64,000 nucleotides of DNA from Nitrospirota bacterium. GTDB lineage: Bacteria; Nitrospirota; UBA9217. The DNA lies in contig CAVVUN010000003.1 in the NCBI GenBank assembly GCA_963751455.1, forward strand, positions 64,001 to 128,000. Reading direction: 5' to 3'. The notes under the pieces were generated by a model. It ran no database searches. It was not told where the DNA came from and saw only the letters and a list, made by a program, of their open reading frames with translations. Of the stretch, positions 60,481 through 64,000 are shown in pieces (position 1 is the stretch's first letter; each line of letters begins with the position of its first letter). The translations under genes and the position numbers were made by a program.

Positions 60481-62961
60481 TTACCGTTTTACCGGCTTCA
60501 CCTGCCATATTCGCTCGGCATAATCCCTGACCGAGCGGTCGCTCGAAAATTTCCCCATGCCCGCGACATTCAGGATGGCCCTCCTGGTCCATTCCTCGGC
60601 ATCCCGGTACAGTATGTCGACACGGTCCTGTGACTCGATATAAGAAGCATAATCCGCGAGCAGCATAAAATGGTCTCCATACCCGGTTAGCGCGTCGAAG
60701 ACCGGACGAAAGAGCTGCGGTTCACCCGGAGAAAAATAGCCGTTGCCGATCATGTCAAGCGCCTGCCTGAGACCGGCGTTGCTGTTATAGATCTCCCACG
60801 GGTGGTATCCCCGTGCCCGGGCTGAAGCGACCTGGTCCGCGGTAAGTCCGAAAATAAAAATATTATCGTCCCCCACTTCCTCCTTGATTTCGATATTCGC
60901 ACCATCAAGGGTTCCGATCGTAAGCGCGCCGTTCAACGCAAGCTTCATATTGCCCGTGCCTGACGCCTCGGTGCCGGCAGTCGAGATCTGCTCGGAGAGC
61001 TCGCAGGCAGGGATGATCTTCTCCGCGTTTGAGACGTTGTAATCAGGCAGGAAGGCCACTTTGAGCAGGTTTCCGACAGCGGGATCGTTGTTCACGATAT
61101 CTGCAACGTTGTGGATGAGTTTGATGATGAGCTTGGCCATGGCGTAGCCGGGAGCCGCCTTGCCTGCGAAGATCACGGTCCTGGGGACAGGCTTGGGTCC
61201 CTGTTCCTCGCGGATCCGGTTATAGCGCGTGACGATATGCAGCACATTCAAAAGCTGACGCTTGTATTCATGAATACGCTTGATCTGGACATCGAACAGC
61301 GAGGCTTCATTCACCTCGATCCGGAGCCGCAGCTTTATAATCTCGGCAAGCCGCTCCTTGTTCATGCGCTTGAAAGCGCGGAACTGTTGCCGGAAGGTCG
61401 TATCCTCCGCAAGCGGCGACAGTTTCTTCAAGTCGGACAGCTCGCAGATCCATTCCTTCCCGATCGCGGACGTAATAAGAGACGACAGGCCCGGATTGCA
61501 CAGGTGGAGCCAGCGGCGGGGCGTAACGCCGTTCGTTATATTGATGATCTTGTCCGGGGTGAAGCGGTCGAAATCTTCGAAGATGGTCTTTCTCATGAGC
61601 TCGGTATGGATCATCGAGACCCCGTTCACGGTGTGGCTTCCGACTATCGCGAGGTGGGCCATCCGAAGCCGCCTTATGCCTGACTCGTCCACGATGGACA
61701 TGCGGCGTACGACGTCAGCGTTTCCGGGGTACCGGTGCCGCACCGCTTCAAGATGGCGAAAGTTGATCTCGTAGATTATCTGCAGATGTCTCGGCAGGAT
61801 CTCCTCGAAGAGGCTGACCGGCCATGTTTCGAGCGCTTCGGGCATCAGTGTATGGTTCGTATACGAGAAGGTTCGCCGGGTGATGTCCCAGGCTTCGTCC
61901 CATTCAAGGTGCTGGATATCGAGAAGGACGCGCATGAGCTCCGGTATCGCAATCGCCGGGTGGGTGTCGTTCAGCTGGATTGCCACTTTTTCCGGCAGCT
62001 CCTGGATACGCGGATGATACTTGATGAACCGCCTCAGAATGTCCTGCAGGGATGCGCACACGAAGAAGTACTGCTGCTTGAGCCTGAGCTCTCGGCCCAT
62101 CTCCGTCGTGTCGCTGGGGTACAGGACCTTCGAGAGGTTTTCGGATTCGTTCTTTTCCTCTACTGCCTTGATGTAATTGCCCTCGTTAAAGTATTTCAGG
62201 TTGAAATCGCGGGACGCCTTTGCGGACCAGAGCCTCATATTATTGACTGTGCTCGTATCGTACCCCGGAACCGGCGTGTCATACGCCATGGCCATGACGT
62301 CCTCGGTATCCACCCAGTGAAACCGCGCGCGGCCCGGTTCGTCCGTGACCCGCACCACTCTGCCGCCGAATTTGACGGGAAAGAGCACTTCGGGCCGGGG
62401 AAATTCCCAGGGGTTCCCGTACCTGAGCCAGCTGTCCGGATGCTCTACCTGCCATCCGTTCTCGATTCGCTGGGTGAACATTCCATAATCGTATCTGATG
62501 CCGTACCCGTATCCGGGCAGTGAAAGCGTTGCCATGGAGTCGAGAAAACAGGCGGCCAGCCTTCCAAGCCCGCCGTTTCCGAGCGCCGCGTCCTGCTCGA
62601 GTTCGCGGATACGGTCGAGTTCGAGCTCGAGTTCTCCAAGCGCATCGCTGCACTCGTGGTAGAATCCCATGTTGAGAAGGCTGTTGGCCAGAAGGCGGCC
62701 GGTCAGGAACTCCAGGGACAGATAGTAAACTCGTTTCGCATCGGACCGGTAATAGCTTCTCATGGTCTCCATCCAGCGCTCAATAAGACGTTCGCGGACC
62801 GAATAGGCCGTCGTATGGAACCAGTCGCGATATGTCGCAGTGATAGGATCCTTGCCGAGAGAATAAATAAGGCGGTTCGACAGAGAGCGCCTGAGCGAGG
62901 CTGAATCCTTGCCGAGTACGTCGTATTCAAAGTTTTGCATCTTGCTATGATTATCGGCCAT
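60481..62961 (-). CDS. glgP: Glycogen/starch phosphorylase
   Basis: LGNGGLGRLAACF, QLNDTHP, KRIHEYKRQ, EASGTGNMK, FSSDR. Confidence 0.97.
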   Translation of the reverse strand: MADNHSKMQNFEYDVLGKDSASLRRSLSNRLIYSLGKDPITATYRDWFHTTAYSVRERLIERWMETMRSYYRSDAKRVYYLSLEFLTGRLLANSLLNMGFYHECSDALGELELELDRIRELEQDAALGNGGLGRLAACFLDSMATLSLPGYGYGIRYDYGMFTQRIENGWQVEHPDSWLRYGNPWEFPRPEVLFPVKFGGRVVRVTDEPGRARFHWVDTEDVMAMAYDTPVPGYDTSTVNNMRLWSAKASRDFNLKYFNEGNYIKAVEEKNESENLSKVLYPSDTTEMGRELRLKQQYFFVCASLQDILRRFIKYHPRIQELPEKVAIQLNDTHPAIAIPELMRVLLDIQHLEWDEAWDITRRTFSYTNHTLMPEALETWPVSLFEEILPRHLQIIYEINFRHLEAVRHRYPGNADVVRRMSIVDESGIRRLRMAHLAIVGSHTVNGVSMIHTELMRKTIFEDFDRFTPDKIINITNGVTPRRWLHLCNPGLSSLITSAIGKEWICELSDLKKLSPLAEDTTFRQQFRAFKRMNKERLAEIIKLRLRIEVNEASLFDVQIKRIHEYKRQLLNVLHIVTRYNRIREEQGPKPVPRTVIFAGKAAPGYAMAKLIIKLIHNVADIVNNDPAVGNLLKVAFLPDYNVSNAEKIIPACELSEQISTAGTEASGTGNMKLALNGALTIGTLDGANIEIKEEVGDDNIFIFGLTADQVASARARGYHPWEIYNSNAGLRQALDMIGNGYFSPGEPQLFRPVFDALTGYGDHFMLLADYASYIESQDRVDILYRDAEEWTRRAILNVAGMGKFSSDRSVRDYAERIWQVKPVKR

Positions 62962-63177
62962 GCAACCTCCCGGAAAATAACGCTATAAATTTTGGTTTAA
63001 TTGTACATGAAAAATGTCTCAGCGTGGGCTTTTTTTGTCATCAACGGGCTTCGTATCACATCGGAGAGAAGTAGTATTTTGTACATAAGTGTGGTTTTAT
63101 ACTACATTCCATTCTGCCGCGATAATTGCGTATGTACGAGTTTTTTATTCTGCCGGGCGTGAAACATGCGGCTCATA

Positions 63178-63206
63178 TTGAATTGCACTCCCTGCTGTGC
63201 TATAGT
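63178..63206 (+). promoter_or_regulatory. Sigma70 promoter of mfd
   Basis: TTGAAT-17 nt-TATAGT with TGn, ending 9 nt before the ATG. Confidence 0.5.
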
Positions 63207-63215
63207 GTTCTGTCT

Positions 63216-64000
63216 ATGAAGAACCTGCGTGACGTTATCCTGCCGGTCGTCGACGAGATCCGGGCAGGCAAGAATACAGTTGCCGTGAGTGAACTATGGG
63301 GGGCCTCAAAGGCCCTTTTTTTATTCGGTCTGAGGCAGGCGACAGCCCGTCCCGTCATAGTAGTTACCCCTTCCGAAGATGCAGCCGAAACGCTCGCCGC
63401 GGACCTGAGATTCTTCTCACGAATCATGCATGACGAGGCCGGGGAGCTCAAGCCGGAGATAGCTGTTTTCCCGGCCTGGGGCTTGCTCCCGTTCGAAGCC
63501 GATTCACCCGACAGCCGCACAGTCGGCACGCGCATGCGCTTTCTGTATAATCTCATCTCGGGTCTTCCGGGCATCTTTCTCGTGCCGGTGGTATGCCTGA
63601 TGCAGAAGCTTCCGCCCTGGGACCTGTTTGCCGACTCGGTAAAAACAATTACGATGGCAACCCAAATGGAGCCTGATCATCTTTTCGGCGCGCTCGTATC
63701 GACCGGGTACGAATCAGCCTCCCTGGTCACGCGCGTCGGTGAATGCAGCAGACGGGGAGGCATCATCGACTTCTTCTCTCCCTTCCAGGAAAATCCCGTC
63801 CGGATCGAATTCATGGGCGACACTATCGAATCGATGCGTGAATTCGACCCAGAAACCCAGCGCTCGGTCCGCGAGATTGCACAGTCGGTTTTGCTGCCGG
63901 TGCGGGAGCTTATTATCAACGACAAGGCTATAGAGACCTTCGAACATCGATTCGGCATCCCCTCGGATGAACGCGGTTTACCTCAGGACACAGACGGGGC
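63216..64000 (+). CDS. mfd: Transcription-repair coupling factor Mfd (5' part; runs off the window edge)
   Basis: Not in the ORF track. Manual translation: FPAWGLLPFEADSP, GYESASLVTRVGECSRRGGIIDFF, PVRIEFMGDTIESMREFDPETQRS. Confidence 0.92.
   Translation, partial: MKNLRDVILPVVDEIRAGKNTVAVSELWGASKALFLFGLRQATARPVIVVTPSEDAAETLAADLRFFSRIMHDEAGELKPEIAVFPAWGLLPFEADSPDSRTVGTRMRFLYNLISGLPGIFLVPVVCLMQKLPPWDLFADSVKTITMATQMEPDHLFGALVSTGYESASLVTRVGECSRRGGIIDFFSPFQENPVRIEFMGDTIESMREFDPETQRSVREIAQSVLLPVRELIINDKAIETFEHRFGIPSDERGLPQDTDG

Noticed and set aside
1-64000. tRNA, rRNA, tmRNA, prophage, transposase or selenocysteine recoding
   Set aside because: No T-loop or cloverleaf, rRNA, phage or transposase signatures were seen by eye. 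The split genes are frameshifts, not in-frame UGA/UAG. A tRNAscan/Infernal run would be needed to exclude RNAs formally.

Overview
A 64 kb stretch of a moderately GC-rich bacterial chromosome. The gene content suggests an anaerobic Gram-negative such as Nitrospirota or Desulfobacterota (inference). It has four parts. (1) About 1-14.2 kb is a mostly minus-strand accessory block of stress and redox genes (HigA-type antitoxin with a HigB remnant, DUF2182/DUF899, VapBC, methyltransferase, GH15, FMN reductase, two SDRs, AKR, ADH, K+ channel, hydrolase, DHFR-like, VOC), many visibly decaying. (2) About 14.4-26.6 kb holds two sensor kinases, a patch of outer-membrane-protein fragments, ppsR, a secreted S8 protease and phoB-phoR, with phoR split at a G6 run. 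(3) 27.1-50.8 kb is an 18-gene, co-oriented chemosensory cluster. It resembles the Geobacter GSU2212-GSU2224 (Che5/Esn) cluster: DUF4388, CheY, CheA, ExeA-like ATPase, CheW ... CheW, HEAT, CheR, CheB, GAF, CheY. Between its two cheW genes it carries a full porin-cytochrome conduit (about 10-heme lipoprotein, DmsE/MtrA-like decaheme, MtrB-like porin), an orphan periplasmic binding protein and three extra-long MCPs. This is the best candidate for an undescribed system: a trans-envelope redox or electron-acceptor sensing cassette wired into a chemosensory pathway. (4) 51-64 kb is mostly housekeeping (yajQ, lolA, ftsK, uppP, lipid kinase, GGDEF-EAL, glgP, mfd). The intergenic spaces contain several families of short palindromic, MITE-like or nested repeats. 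No tRNA, rRNA, CRISPR array or transposase was seen. All family calls rest on motif recognition by eye, not on database searches.
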